The notes: generated by a model not told the origin, from the letters alone. A stretch of DNA of 64,000 nucleotides from Camelus ferus (GCF_009834535.1 NC_045726.1:13950001-14014000); one strand, 5' to 3'. Numbered from the stretch's first letter, positions 26,443 through 39,860 are shown. Numbers and translations are program-made.

Positions 26443-28699
26443 CTCTCAGAGAAAGATCATTAGATTTCCAGATTTCTTCACAACAAGGGCAAAAACCATT
26501 GTCTAGTGGTGGCCCCTTGCCACAGTTACTGCTTATGAGCAACACGGCCAGAGACCTGGTCACAGGCACAGGCTGCATCCTGGGCCTTGGATTTCTCAGT
26601 GACCATAAATATTTATCAGCAGTCACAAGTGAGCCCTACTCTCAAGAGAAAAAGGGTTATTGGGAAAAAGGGAAAAAGGCCCATATTTCCAAACCAGAGT
26701 AAGAAAGGTGGCAAAAAAGAAAGGAAGATTGAGTAATTACATTCCTGAATCATAATCCATTTCCCCTCCCACTTCCCAAACCTCCTACACGGCTCATTCC
26801 CTGGCCCAAGGTCGCTGGCAGGCACCACGGGATTACTGAGGCGAAGGCCTTCCCCCACCCTCTGCTCCTCACCGTGGGCCTCACCACGTGACCAAAGCAC
26901 CCCTCTTCTTCGGGCTCATGAAGAGAAACCACTGGGGTGCACTGCCTCGTGTCAGTCACTTACTCCCGCTCTGCCTCATCCCCTCCTCTGCCCCATCCCC
27001 TCCAATGCACCTGCTTTGATCATATCACTCTCCGGCTAAAACACCTAACTTCCCTCACTCCCCTCACCCAACCGCAAAGTTTAGTCCCTCTGCCTGACAG
27101 TCAAGGGTCTCTCCAACTAAGCTCCCATCACCTTTCATCTTCAGCTGCCATTACTCTCTGGGCGGGACCCTGGGATCCACCTGGAATTCCCCACCCGTGT
27201 CCCCTTTCACCACATACCCTCCTGTCTCCTTCCTCCACGAGGAAGTCTGATTAATATTGTCAGAAAGCGGAACGTGGCCCACATGTGTCCTAAGCACTCT
27301 CCACAAGTGTGAAGGGCCTGGATGTATTAAAAAAAAAAAAAAAAGGATGAACTGCAGGAAAAAGCACCGCCTCTGATCCACTCCAAATCCCCCACACCAG
27401 GAATGCATCCTCACCTTCCTCTGGATCCCACCGCTCTGGCTCAAAGGCGCCCTGTCTCAGAATGACAGTTCCAATACTTTCAGTTAATTTTCTTGGTTGT
27501 TCCGTAACAATCCTAGGAGGTTGGTAGGATCTAAATAAGCACTTGCTGCAGGAACATGTAAATACAAATGCGTATGTAAACAGACAGACCCTCACCTTCT
27601 CTACAGAGTACAGGATGGCGGGGATAGGCTTCACTGAAGATGCAGTATTTAGGGCCATGGGGTCAAGGGCAGGAGTGGACGAGTGTCTTCTCAAAGCTCC
27701 CTCTGTCACAGGTACAGAGGGGAGGGTAAGGACCCTGACACTCTGCCCTCCTGACTCCCCACCTCTGCTGGCCAGAGCTCGAGAGAGAGGCTGCCAAGAG
27801 CACACACAGATGGACTCCAGAGCAAAGGCAACCCTGGTTCTGGCTCCTATCATACTCAGATAGGGGTCAGGGCCAGCAGGATGGCCAAGCTCCCCTTCCT
27901 CAGGTTAAAATAGCCCTCAGGGCTGTGGGTACAGTAGCAGTCTCCAGACAATATAATGCAAACAGGTGACTTCCCTGACAACACGACGACCCCTCTTGCC
28001 TGTATTTCCATTTGCCCTTCCCCTCCCCCGCCTCCTACAAACTGCCAGCCTATTAAAAAGGGATCAACATTCTCACCAGACTTAAAGGTTTACCCTCTCC
28101 TGCCAACACCAACCTCAAGGGGCAATCAGATTGCCACCTGGAAAGGGTTTCAGATTCAGCCTGCAACTCAGACATCCTCTAGTCTGAGTGACTTTCGACC
28201 TCAAACAGAGGAAAACAAAAGATCTTGCCAGCAGCACTATGCACAACACAAAAACCTTGGAGGCAACCCCAAAGCCCACGAGCAGGAGTGGATAAGTAAA
28301 CTAACCAACTCTCACGACGGAATAGTATACAACAAAGTGGACGGACTACAGCAGCATTAAGACCGGGTGTACAGGACGAGTTTTCAATAACAACCACCTT
28401 TTAAATGTTAGTCATTCTTCAAGACCCCACTCAAGACCAGTCCACGCAAGACCTCTCTCCAGAAGATGTAGAAGGGCTGTCTGAATCACAAGACAAGGGA
28501 TTTGAGTGGAGGAAATGTTGAAATGCTAGTTGAATAATAATAAAATATAATAAATAAAATCTCTTAACCAGCCTTCCAGCTTCTACTGGGCACTTACCCT
28601 CAAACTGTCCGGGTCCCTTCTCTCTAAGTATAATATACACACAAAAAGTGTCCAAATCTTAAATGTACAGCTCAGGGACAGAGTCATCCTTTTAAAGTA

Positions 28700-29250
28700 C
28701 AAATCCGACCATGGCATTCTGTTTGCTTTAAACTCGCGATGGCTTCCCAGTACAAGGGAAATCAAATCTAAATTCCTTTTCCTGGCCTAAAAGTCACTGT
28801 GTCATCTGGCCTTTGCTGACCCCACTGATCTCACTAGAATCCAGCCACCCTGGGCTTCTTCTTATCCTTTTAGCTCACCAATCGCATTCTGACCTCAGGG
28901 CCGTTGCACTTGCAGCCCCCTCTGCCAAGAATGCTCTTCTCCTAGATTTTCATATCAAGTCTCAATCCAAATGTCAGCTCCTCAAAGCAGAGGGTCACCT
29001 AGTTTAAAAAAAAAAAAGCCCACTCAAGTCATTCAGAATCCTAACACCCTGTTTCATTTTCTTCTTAGCATATATCACTATCTAATGTTTGTTCTGTTAT
29101 CTTTGTTCTGTTTAAATGTTTATTATCTGTCTCCTCCGACTGACTGTAAACTCCACAGCGGAGGAGACTCAGGCCTATTTTCTTCTCTGAGTCTAGAGGA
29201 GTGAGTGCCTGGCACTGAGACAGCCCCCCAAAAACACCTGCAGAATGATG
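28700..29250 (+). mobile_element. L2 LINE 3' relic (others at ~24075-24260, ~33750-34000, ~42320-42380)
   Basis: cctcagggccgttgcacttgc..ccctctgccaagaatgctctt...caaatgtcagctcctca...gactgtaaactccac...gtgcctggcac. Confidence 0.65.
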
Positions 29251-31827
29251 TGTTAATTTCCCCCCGCCTTGGTCGCAGTGCCCCAGTTTAGTTACTGTTC
29301 TTTGGTCTCGACCCCCAGGTGAACTGTTAGCAACTTTAAGGGGAGGGACCCCTCCTCATGCAGCTTCAATAGAGATGATGTCTCTCAGAGAGCTGGAGAA
29401 GCCTGTCTGGCGTAGGAACACAAAATATAAGGTAAAAAAAAAATTATAGAACATAAGGTGGGGTGGGGGATCCAAAAGGAAGATGGTGGGAGAGAGGTAG
29501 GCATAGGCAGGCAGCCTCCCTTCCCTGCCCTGAAAGCAAATGTGCCAAGGACAGGCACATCTGATAGTCCTGCCGAAAATAACACATTAACTTTTACCCA
29601 TGGCTGGGACAGAAAAGAAAAGGAAACCCCACAAGTACAAGTGCAGGCTGTTTCTAGAATTTCTCAGCAGCTCATGGAAACTCTGAGTCTCGGTCCTGCT
29701 GCTCACCACCTCTCTCAACATGCCAACTACACACATCCCAAAATGCAGGGGAAGGGGCTCGGAGCTGGGAGCTGCTGCCAAGAAGATGGCATGGTGTAAG
29801 CAGCCAAGGTCACAGGCATAATCCTGCCAGCACAGCTGTGCACACCATGGTTTACCCACGGTCAAGGCCTCTGCTGTGGGAGGAACCTCCAAGCATCTGC
29901 TGGACATCAGGGGGGTGGCTGAGGCGGCAGGAGCAGGAACCAGGACGTTATCCCTTGCTAGGGCTGGTCAGGGTGCCTGAGAGGGCACTTTGGCTCATGG
30001 CCTGAGTCTGGGGGAAGTAAGTGACTTTGTACTTTTTGCACTTTTTTGGGAAAGGTGATGAGAACTGCTGTGGCTTGTTATCCCTGGAAACCCCCCAGGG
30101 GCCTGGTATGCTGAGAACTTGCCCAGCCTCTCAGACGGGAAAGTCTCCCACAGCAGGGAAATGGTCAGTATTGAAATACACATGCGCTAATCAATGTCAC
30201 CGGGGCCTGGCCGTCAGCGAGCAGGGGGAGAGGAGAGGCAGGGAGGGAGTCCAGGACCTTCCGCCTCTGGCTCATTCCCAGGAGGGAGAGCAGGGCCAGC
30301 TTCCCTGCAGGCCAGCATGGCTCCACCTTGCACCACGCCTCACGTACTCTGTGCTCTTGGAAAAGAGAGAGTCCCCGGGGCTGGCCGGGAGCCCTCTGGT
30401 TTCCAGGAAAGGAGGGCAGCCGGCAGTTCAGCCTGCTCCCCGTGATTTACAGGACTCTCTTGACTAGGAGGACACACATCCGCCACCTCACTTTCTCCCA
30501 CACAAGCCAACCTTTCAGGCTTCCAGTAAAAGTGAGAATAAAACAGCGGGTTTGGGTTTGGGTTCAGGTCTGCGCCCCACCACCTCGTTCCCGCCATCTG
30601 TTTGTGGGGGCAGGGGTAGTATGCAAGGTCTTCAGGTGACCTGGCAGCAGGACACAGGAAAAGACCCCAAGGGGAGAGGAGACCTTCCTAGAAGGAATCA
30701 GTGAGATCCAGGAGCCAGTTGGCCAGTGGCCAGTCCCTGCCCCCAGGGCTGCAGTCAACAAATACTAAGAACTTACAATTTGCTAAACTACCCTTCTGAA
30801 GATTTAACTGATTTACTAGTCCTATCTGTGGATAAGGATGCCTGTTTCATGAGAGTCTCACCAATGCTGAGTATTAAAATAGGATTCTATCTTTGCCAAA
30901 TAGGTTAAAAAAACTATTCGTACAATTCTTTTAATTTGCATTTCTTTGATTACCAGTGTGGCTAAACACATCTTCAGGTTTACCAACATTTCAATTTCTT
31001 CTTTTACAAATTGTCTGTGACTCTCCTTTGCCCATTTTTGCTGACCTCCATTTATCTTTTTTTCTTATCGGTATATGTAGCAGTTCATCATACGATTAAA
31101 AAAATTCACCTTTTGTCACATGTTACAAATATTCTTCCTAATTCGTCATTTGCCTTTAAATTGTTAACTGGTCTTACTGCCGAAATTTTTAAGTAAAGTC
31201 AATACATCCCACTTTTCTTTTTAACGTTTCCGCTTTTAGTACCATGCCTGAAAAACTCTTTCTTGTCTTGAAATTATAGATATACCTATATTTTCTTGCA
31301 TTAAAAAATGCAAATCTCTAATTCATCCAGAATTTAATTGGACAAAGTGTGAAAAAAAAAACTAACTTTTTTTTAATAGTTAGCCTATTATCCACGGTTG
31401 TTTAATGAATAGTTTATTTCCCTTGTAAACCTCAACTGTAGAGTCTATAAAACGTAAGACACAGAGGTGCAGTCAACTACATCCTTTGTACTAAGAAAGG
31501 CCACAGGTGGCTGTTCTAATAAAATGTAAATATACGGTGGTGGTGCCATCTCTATCCCTTCCTCCTTCCTGCTCAGAGGTACAGGCTGGCAAGTGACAAC
31601 TATGAGAAGAAAGTCCTACGTGCCAAGGATGGCAGAGCAGAAAGATGCATTGAAGAGAGCCTGGGTTCCTGCAGGCTGAGGAGGAACTGAGCAGGAACAC
31701 TGGCTTCCCACGGCTGATCGCCAGATGCTTCATATGCTCTCTGCCCAAACCAGCCTTGACAGGGCACTAGTATTTGCATCTGAGCACTCCTATTAATCAC
31801 AATCCTTTCTTCCCTAATTTTATAATG

Positions 31828-32029
31828 NNNNNNNNNNNNNNNNNNNNNNNNNNNNNNNNNNNNNNNNNNNNNNNNNNNNNNNNNNNNNNNNNNNNNNNNN
31901 NNNNNNNNNNNNNNNNNNNNNNNNNNNNNNNNNNNNNNNNNNNNNNNNNNNNNNNNNNNNNNNNNNNNNNNNNNNNNNNNNNNNNNNNNNNNNNNNNNNN
32001 NNNNNNNNNNNNNNNNNNNNNNNNNNNNN
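31828..32029. other. Assembly gap or masked run of N (others: 35459-35607, 45058-45391, 45661-45827, 53176-53335, 54776-55049)
   Basis: Six N runs of 149-334 nt, all inside or next to L1 sequence; none interrupts an exon. Confidence 0.98.
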
Positions 32030-32367
32030 GTGAAGTCAGACAAATGTATGATATCACTTATATGTGGAATCTAAAAAATGGAACAAATGAACTTATTTAC
32101 AAAACAGAAACAGACCCACAGACATAGAAAACAAATTCATGGTTACCAAAGGGGAAAGCGGTTGGAGAGGGATAAATTTGGAATTTAGGATTAGCAGATA
32201 CAAAACATTATATGCAAAATAGATAAACAAGATCCTACTGTACAGCTCTGGGGACTATATTTAATATCTTATAATGAAAAAGAATACATATACATATAAC
32301 TGAATCACTCTGCTGTACACCAGAAACTAACACAACATTTTAAATCAGCCATACTGATTTTAAAAAA
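32030..32367 (+). mobile_element. L1 3'-end fragment (starts within the N gap)
   Basis: atatcacttatatgtggaatctaaaaa...gaacttatttacaaaacagaaacagac...gctgtacaccagaaactaacacaac. Confidence 0.85.
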
Positions 32368-33526
32368 GGATTGCTAGGATTTATTGTTGTCTGCCAGGCA
32401 CTGTGCTAGGCAATTTGTTTCATTACTTAATTTAATCTTCTCAACAACTTTAAGATATGGGTTCTACAGTATTTCCCTATATATAAGTATCAATGACCAC
32501 TTTTCAGAGTAGAAAAAGCGACTCCATTAAATGTACACATCAGTGAGACACATCCCTATTTCAGAAACATGAAAACAAAACAGCATCTTAAAATTAAGGA
32601 AATATGGTATCATCCCCATTTTACAGATGAGGATATGGAGGCTAAAAAGAGTTGCTCAAAATCACACCACAACTAGTAAGAATAATACCATTATTGTTTA
32701 GTAAATTCCTACATGTACTGTAGGTCTGTTTTTGGATGTTTCTGTTTCATTCCATTTATCCAGCCTGTGTCAATGTCACATTTAATTTTTTTTATTTTTT
32801 CTGGTAAAAAAAACTTGACTACTTTCTTTTTAAAACTGTGCAATCAGGAAATGGGAAAGGCCTAATGATGACCAAGTAGAAGGGTTTTCTCTCCCATCTT
32901 TGAAGAGCTTCACTTAAGATCTCACTTAAGAGCCTGGAGGTGGATTCCAGTCCTAATCTGCTGTGGTCTGGACTTCGTGTGTGCATGGTTTCCTTACCCT
33001 GGCTGCCCCAGTGAGCAGGGTCTCACCCCAGTCCACCTGAATCAGGGCTTCCTGGGTGAGATCCAGGTATCAGTCCACCTAATTCTGCCAGATTCTTGTC
33101 TGGGGCACCGGTCTGACATTTCAGTCTAGTCAGGACTGCTGGACTAGACACAGACTAGCTATGACCTTCTGTGATTTATTTAAACTCTTTGAAGTCAGTT
33201 CCCCCTCTCTGCCAAATGGGTACCACAATCTCTGCCCTGCCCATCCTATAGGGAAACTAACACTCAGCGAGATGCCGTTGCACAGAGACAAGATGTTGGT
33301 ATTATAAAGTGTCTGGATCCCAAGAATGCAGGGACTCTGAGGCCAGCGTTAGAATTTACAGCCACTTAGTTCTCAGATCTGTGTCAGTATGAGGCAGCCT
33401 GAGGCTGGGCCCTTGCCTCCATGACAGTCAGGCCTGCTTTCTGTCTTAGGTCTAAAAAGAAATCTCCCTTTTCTCTTGCAGCTCTGCGAACCAGAGTTTA
33501 CAAAGGACATTTTCCTCTATCCTGAG

Positions 33527-33685
33527 TGTAGCCGGCTGAATAACATCTCCCCAAATCTATGTCTACCCAAAACCCCAGAATGTAACCTTATTGAGTGATA
33601 CGGCCCTTGCAGATACAATTATTTAAGGATATCAAGACGAAATCCTCTTGGACTTAGGGTGGACCCTAAATCCAATGATTAGACT
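33527..33685 (+). mobile_element. MaLR (MLT1-type) LTR 5' fragment
   Basis: tgtagccggctgaata...cccagaatgtaaccttatt...cttgcagatacaatta...gggtggaccctaaatccaatga. Confidence 0.7.
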
Positions 33686-34362
33686 TATCAGAGAATATTG
33701 GTACCTTAAACCCCAAAGCCCTTTAAAATAACTGGATTCAAGCTAAATTTCTAGCCATGTCGCTTGCTCTTCCCTCTGTCAGACACTCTGGCCTATAGTG
33801 ACCACCCCTGCCCCGGGAATATACATCTTTGTGCCATTATTCACACAACTCTCCTGGCCAGGACCACCCCCACGCCCCCCCTCTTCTTAGCTTTCAAACC
33901 TTGGCTCAATTCCACCTCTAGGAAGCCTTCCCAGACCACCCCTGCCCCAAAGCACCTCGCCTTCCACTGGCCTCTTTAAGGGTCTCTTGTCTGCTCCACT
34001 CAGTGGGGCTTAAAGAATGCCACACGACAGCATGTAAGTTTCCACAAGTACTCAGCGCATCTCCACACAAGGATCTTTGGGACAGAGACAGTGTCTGCCT
34101 GTCTCCGTGGAGTGGGAGCTCTCTTAGCTGGGCTCTGCTGGGGCCCATCCCCTTCGTTCCTTCTGCACATCCTTGCAGCAAGGAGGTGCCCCTTTTGCTG
34201 CCATTGGCCCAGGATGCATGCACCAGAAGTCTTTGTGCCTCTTCCCAAACCTCTTCATGCCAGTTCTATTTGTTTTTATGATTCTAAGTTAATAGTAACT
34301 GAAATTAAAATGCAGAAGAAAAAGTTTTGATTTCTATAAAAATTAAACTAAGTGATCTAGAA

Positions 34363-34954
34363 CAGCAACTCTGAAATTGTGGTCTTAGATGACACCTGGG
34401 GTCACTGAGACTGTCTCAGGAAGTCTGCATGGTAAAAACTAGTTTTATTATAAAATTAGGACGTTAAAAGGTTTTTCACTCCCATTTTTCAGAGGCTGCG
34501 TGAAGTGTGATGAACTTGTGCCTGTGCAGTCTTACGTTTTCTGAAAATTTCTAAGGCAGAAGTTTAGGGTGTAAACTTGTGTGTGTTCAGAGATTAACTC
34601 AGTTTGTTCTCGGGACTTCAACCGAGTATTTACTAGTAAACTTATGCTATGCCTATTATAATCTGTTATCTCATTATTATCTAATAAATCATTTTTTTGA
34701 AACCCTGAAGATGTGCAAAAATGTAAAAATAATGCCATTTTTCCTCTACTTTTTCAACTTTGGAAAATGGTTATTTTTCACACAAATATGCCTTTTATGT
34801 TAACATGTTATGACTTTTTTTTTATTATTTTAAACGAATAAATAACTTTTTACATTTGTTTTAATTTTTTAACATGGTAAATGTTAACAGATACAGCCAA
34901 TAAACAAAAGATAATAGTAAGGAATCCTAGGATCAAAAAGTTTGAGAATTGCTC
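34363..34954 (+). mobile_element. hAT-Charlie non-autonomous DNA transposon
   Basis: Degenerate CAG..TCTCAAA / TTTGAGAA..CT termini; 8-bp TSD atctagaa at 34355-34362 and 34955-34962, the NTCTAGAN target typical of Charlie elements. Confidence 0.75.
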
Positions 34955-35874
34955 ATCTAGAAAGATGTGTTACAAACAAACAAACAAAAAAGATTAAATT
35001 CAGTGTGTGCATTAAGAAAGTAGCATTCTGCAAGGGGACTGGTTTGTAAATGTCTTAATTCTTGCTTTATTATTTTTTAAATGGAGATTAATTAACAGAT
35101 GTATATATCCTGTCACCCAGCAATCCCACTTCCAAGAATTTCTTCTGTTGGCATACTTACACAGGTAGGAAATGCCATTTGTACAAAGTTATTCACAGCA
35201 GCTTGCACATAATGACAAAATACTGGAAACAACCCAAGTCAGGGGAGAGAGGGAGGCAACACATATTGGTTAAAAAATTACCTTACTTCTCTATCCTGGA
35301 ACAATATGCAGCTATAGTAAAAGAATAATGAAAGCATTCTATGCAGTGATATGGAAAGATCTACCAGAGCTGCTGGGTGAAAAAAGCAATATGCTAAACA
35401 ATGTCTAAAATGCTAACCTGTAGCATTTGTAAAAATGGGAGTGGGGTGGGCAGAGGCTNNNNNNNNNNNNNNNNNNNNNNNNNNNNNNNNNNNNNNNNNN
35501 NNNNNNNNNNNNNNNNNNNNNNNNNNNNNNNNNNNNNNNNNNNNNNNNNNNNNNNNNNNNNNNNNNNNNNNNNNNNNNNNNNNNNNNNNNNNNNNNNNNN
35601 NNNNNNNCTTCTGATCTTTGAACTATGTGAATATACAGCCTAGAGAAAAAGCTTTTCCCATTAAAAATTTTTTTCTTCCAGTTTTATTGAGATATAATTC
35701 ACATATAGTGAAAAAAATTTAATAAAAGAAGTGAAATGAGAAATCACAGGTGATACATGCAGGTGTGATCTGTATATATAAACAATTTGCAAGTCTAATT
35801 AGGGGACCTGGAGACCCAAAGAAAAGACCTCGGCCCTCAATCAAAGTTCTGGAAAATAAAAATACATGCACATG

Positions 35875-36205
35875 GGGGTGGGAAGCAGGGAACTGAATGA
35901 AGGCACTTAAAAGGTACAAACTTTCAGTTATAAGATAAATAAGTACTAGGGATGTAACACACAACATGACAAACACAGTTAACACAACGGTAGATTATAT
36001 ATGAAACTTGTTAAGAGAGTAAATCCTAATAAGGCTGTCTCATCACAAGGAAAAAATTTTTTCTCTGTTTCTTTAATCTTGTATGTCTATGAGATGATGT
36101 ATGTTCATTAAGTTTATTGTGGTAAGTCATTTCATAATTGTGTATAAAACAAACCATTATGCTGTACACCCTAAACAGTGCTGTTTAAAATAAAACTGGA
36201 AGAAA
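35875..36205 (+). mobile_element. Older L1 3'-end fragment with TSD
   Basis: aaggtacaaactttcagttataagataaataagtactagggatg...aaactggaagaaaa; TSD aaaaat(a/g)catgcacatg at 35858-35874 and 36206-36222. Confidence 0.8.
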
Positions 36206-38999
36206 AAAAATGCATGCACATGTTTTTAAGGTAAAATGAATTGTTTAAAACACGGATTTTTTAAAAAAATTCCCAACTTTCAGCTGACAGTTTTTATTAT
36301 TACTAATGCTGAATAAGGAGGACCCAATTCAAGAGTCACATTCTCATTTCAGGGAACTCCAGGACTCTCCTGGGCCTGAGTTTTGAAGAAGGTTAGGAGG
36401 CCTGAGGATATAGTCAGATCGATCTTAAGTTTCCAAGGCAGGGAATTTGGTTTCCCATAGATGAGCAAGCCAAGCACTCTCTCCAGGCTGATTCTGTGGC
36501 CACCCTCCCACCCCTGCTTTTGTGTGTGTGTGTGGGGGGGTCCCCATCTAGGAACCTCGATAGCCACGGGTGAGGATGAGGACAGGGCAGCTGGGCCTCG
36601 GAGACCTTGTGATGAGGCTGCCCTGCTTGCCCCAGGGAGAGCACGAGGCCCCTGGCTGGCAGCAGACTCTGGACTCCTTATCTGCCAGCATTCGGCCAGC
36701 CCACCAGCCTCCAGGTCAGAGAAGTCTCACTGTAGACATCTAGAAAGTCCTGGCTGGGGCTCCAGCAGCATGATCCTTCCTCATCCACTCCCCACCCTCC
36801 TATGTCTCTAGGGAGTCTGGAAAGAGAAGGAAAAAGGGAAGACTCCTCCAGAAGAAATTTCTATCCATACAAGCAGAGAACCACCTCCCGCCAAATAAGC
36901 ACTTCCTCCTTCATGTTTTCAAGGAAAAGTCTAAGATTATCAGCAATTTTATAATATTTAGGAATAAAAAATCAAACCTTCCTTTGGTCCTCTCTATCAA
37001 GCCTCTTGGCCACCAGCAAGCAACGTTACTTGGGAACACCAATTAACCTCTTGATACCTAGTTTCTTCAGTTGTAAAACAAAGTCCTAGACGCAAAGATT
37101 CCCAAAGTCCTTCCAGTTCAACCTCCCATCGTCTGTGGTTCTGCAAAACGTTTAAGTCTTGCTGTCTTCAGGCATCCAGGGCGAACAGGCTGAATTATTT
37201 TGGAGGAGGTCCCGATTTCCAGACATATACATCTATTCATAGCACTACCACTTAGATGCCAAGATCCTGTAAATATTGGGCATGGATTGAGGTTCCTCCT
37301 GGAATAGAGGCGTGGGGAGGTAAGGCAAGAGAAAGAGGGTGGAAATGGTCTGAAAACAGAACCCACCCAGTGACTGGAAGATACTGTATGTGCGCATGCG
37401 CGCACACTGATCTATACACACGCACACATTATTAGTCCTTCCCGCTTAATTATCAGCCCAGAAAAGGAGTACTTCCATAATCTGAAGAAATCAGAGTAGC
37501 TCCAAAAACTAAAAGTGGGAAAAAGCCTTAGGGGCAGTGAATCTGTGCAACAATCCCTGGCAGGCCAAAGAAAAGAGGCCTACCCAGAAAGGCAGGGAAA
37601 TTGGAGACGATGAATCAACCGTAAGTCTGGGCTCATACCATTCCTACAACCCAACGTAACTATCTATGCCTAGGACCCCTGAATAATCCACTCCATCCCA
37701 CAGAGATGATAATGATGATGATGATGCCGATAACAAGCCCTCTACCAGGCTCCTGGCACAATCACAACGTGCTGCAGCACCCCCCTGCTGGAGAGCGACC
37801 GGGCCAAGGACTTAAATAGATCTAATCTGACTCAAAAAAGCCTGGTATTCTCCCGCCACCTTTCACCACCTCTAGTAGAGCGCTGTCTTCTCTGAACTTG
37901 ACTGAACACAAAAATGTGACCTCTCTTGTGTCTCCATGTTATTCTATATGTATGGGTGTTCTTTCTCCCCAACAAGTGTCTCCAGGAGCCAGGCCCCATT
38001 CTCTCTTCGCACCCTCCAGTGGCCAGTGCAGAGCCAAGCGCAAACCAGGCACCATGTATTTATATACTGAGGGGATGAGATACTTAGAATCACAGGGCTC
38101 TGGTACCTCACAGAGGGCTGACAATTCTGTTCGGTGCCCTCCAGTCATATCTGCAAACCAAAGAAAAGTACCACTAGTCTATACAATTTACGAAAAACTC
38201 ACCTCCGAGCCTCCAACAAGAAATGGAATGTGTAGTTTTTAATTGCAGCTGCTAAAAGTTATGATTCTCGACATTCTTTCTCTTGCTTCATCAAGTCTGT
38301 CTCAGTTTTTATGGCTCTTGTTTTAAGAGTTAAGGATTAATTGTAGATGCTGTGGATAAGAGACCACAGATCTAATCTGACTTAGCAAGACCCTTCCTCA
38401 GGCCATAGGACAAGTTAGGAGCAGAGCTGGGACAGAGGCCAGGTAGCCAGGGTAGTACCCACTACAGGTTACCACCACCAATTCCCAGCAGCCCACCTAA
38501 GTGGGGGTTCCGAGGAAAAAGTGACTACAGACAAATTCATGCCCAGGGAGGCTCCAGGAGGGTTAGGTCAAAGCTCCTCCTGTCCCCACAGCTTTCCTTA
38601 GGCCATCAAGAGCACTCACCCCCTCACCAAATCATGCTCTCTTGGTCCTCTAGGACACCCAGACCCTAGCAGACACTAGATCCTCAAAACGGAAGCCACA
38701 ACGCAGAGTTAAGGAAAATTTCTTGACTCAGCTGGACCTCAGGATCACACGGTGAAACTGGATGACACCCATTGCCCTAACCCACCAAGAGAGGGCAGCC
38801 TGCGCCAGACCACCTAACTCACTCGGTAGGGACCAAAAATAGCTAAAAAGCCATGCCCACGGGATAAGCCAGGTTGGAGTTCAGTTAGTCCCTCCTTTGC
38901 CATTCTCCAGCTCCTGCCACCGGCCTGCCGGAAGATATGGGGCATTTATCTTTAGCTGTAGGTGGTCTGGCCGGATTGGGTAGCGGAGGGTGGACACAG

Positions 39000-39008
39000 T
39001 TCCCGGAA
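39000..39008. promoter_or_regulatory. Perfect STAT/GAS motif TTCCCGGAA in proximal intron 1
   Basis: Exact consensus, flanked by CCAAT boxes (38975-38979 reversed; 39031-39035) and a GC box (~39040-39047). Function is inferred. Confidence 0.45.
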
Positions 39009-39159
39009 AGCAAAGTCCAGACACTAGTGCCCAATCAGAGCCGCCCCGAGAGCTGCCCACCAGATTTGCCCGTCTACTCTATGCTTTTTCTGTCCTGGTG
39101 TCCATAGGCTCCAGGAAACCTCTCTCAGCCTTTTAGCGCGGCTGTCGCCGTTCCCGACA

Positions 39160-39860
39160 TCCTGCTCTGTCTCCCACATCCCGCGCTCTCCAGCCGAAGG
39201 GACCGCAGCTCTGCCTTCCCCTTCCCTCGCCAAGTAACCCTCGTCGTGGCAGTGCGGCCAGGTGTCGCCTCCATCCAGTGTCCAGGCCCGTGTGCCGGTC
39301 CGGTTCACCGGAGCGGCTCCGGAAACCGCGGCCGGGCTCCGGATCCTCGGCGCAACCCTGCCCCCACCCCCACCCGGTGACCCCGAGCCCTGGCGGCGCG
39401 CTGCTCCTCCGCGCGATGCCCCATCCCCGGCGCATGGCGCGGCCCCGCCCACACGCCGTCCGCCCCTCACCTGAAGCAGGGCGGACGCCACTGGGCCCCT
39501 GCACCCTCACAAGCCAGGCCCTCGGGCGGCCCGCAGCAGCAGCGGCACGGGCAGCGCAGCTAGGTCGGTGAGTCCCCGCAGGCAGCCCGCGCGCCCTCGC
39601 CCCCCTGCCTGCGTCTGTACCCCGCGCGGCGCGCATGCCCCGCTATATACCCTGCGCGTCACGGCCCGGCCCGCCCCCGCTCTCGGCCCCGCCCCACCCC
39701 GCTGTCCCCAGGGCCTGCCACGTGGGACCCCGGCTGGCGGTAGGGCGACGTGTGTGAGCTGCCTGCCAGCCGCCCGCTAGACCCAGACCAGCGCTTGGCT
39801 TGCCCAGGCTTGCGGAGCGAGCCAGCGCCTTTCCGCGCCTCTAGGCGCCGGCCGAGACCC
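39160..39860. promoter_or_regulatory. CpG island promoter of SLC39A14 with GC boxes and a TATA-like element
   Basis: Dense CpG (ccgcgcggcgcgc etc.), several GGGCGG/CCCGCCCC Sp1-type boxes at 39665-39700, TATATA at 39644-39649, NRF1-like gcgcgcatgc at ~39629-39638. The only CpG island in the window and correctly placed upstream of the gene. Confidence 0.85.
39471..39620 (-). other. SLC39A14: Probable non-coding exon 1 of SLC39A14 (5' end approximate)
   Basis: ATG-free GC-rich segment starting ~25-30 nt downstream of TATATA (39644-39649) and ending at a consensus donor CAG|GTGAGG (39471/39470). Other donors in the island cannot be excluded. Confidence 0.55.

Noticed and set aside
31600-32127. 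ORFs spanning N runs (also ~44.9-45.9, 53.0-53.6 and 54.6-55.1 kb)
   Set aside because: Artefacts of translating through unknown bases. The gaps sit in L1 sequence, as expected for short-read assembly gaps or masking.
39024-39636. 155-aa and 167-aa - strand ORFs in the CpG island
   Set aside because: Stop-poor GC-rich DNA produces long Gly/Arg/Ala ORFs; no domain similarity.
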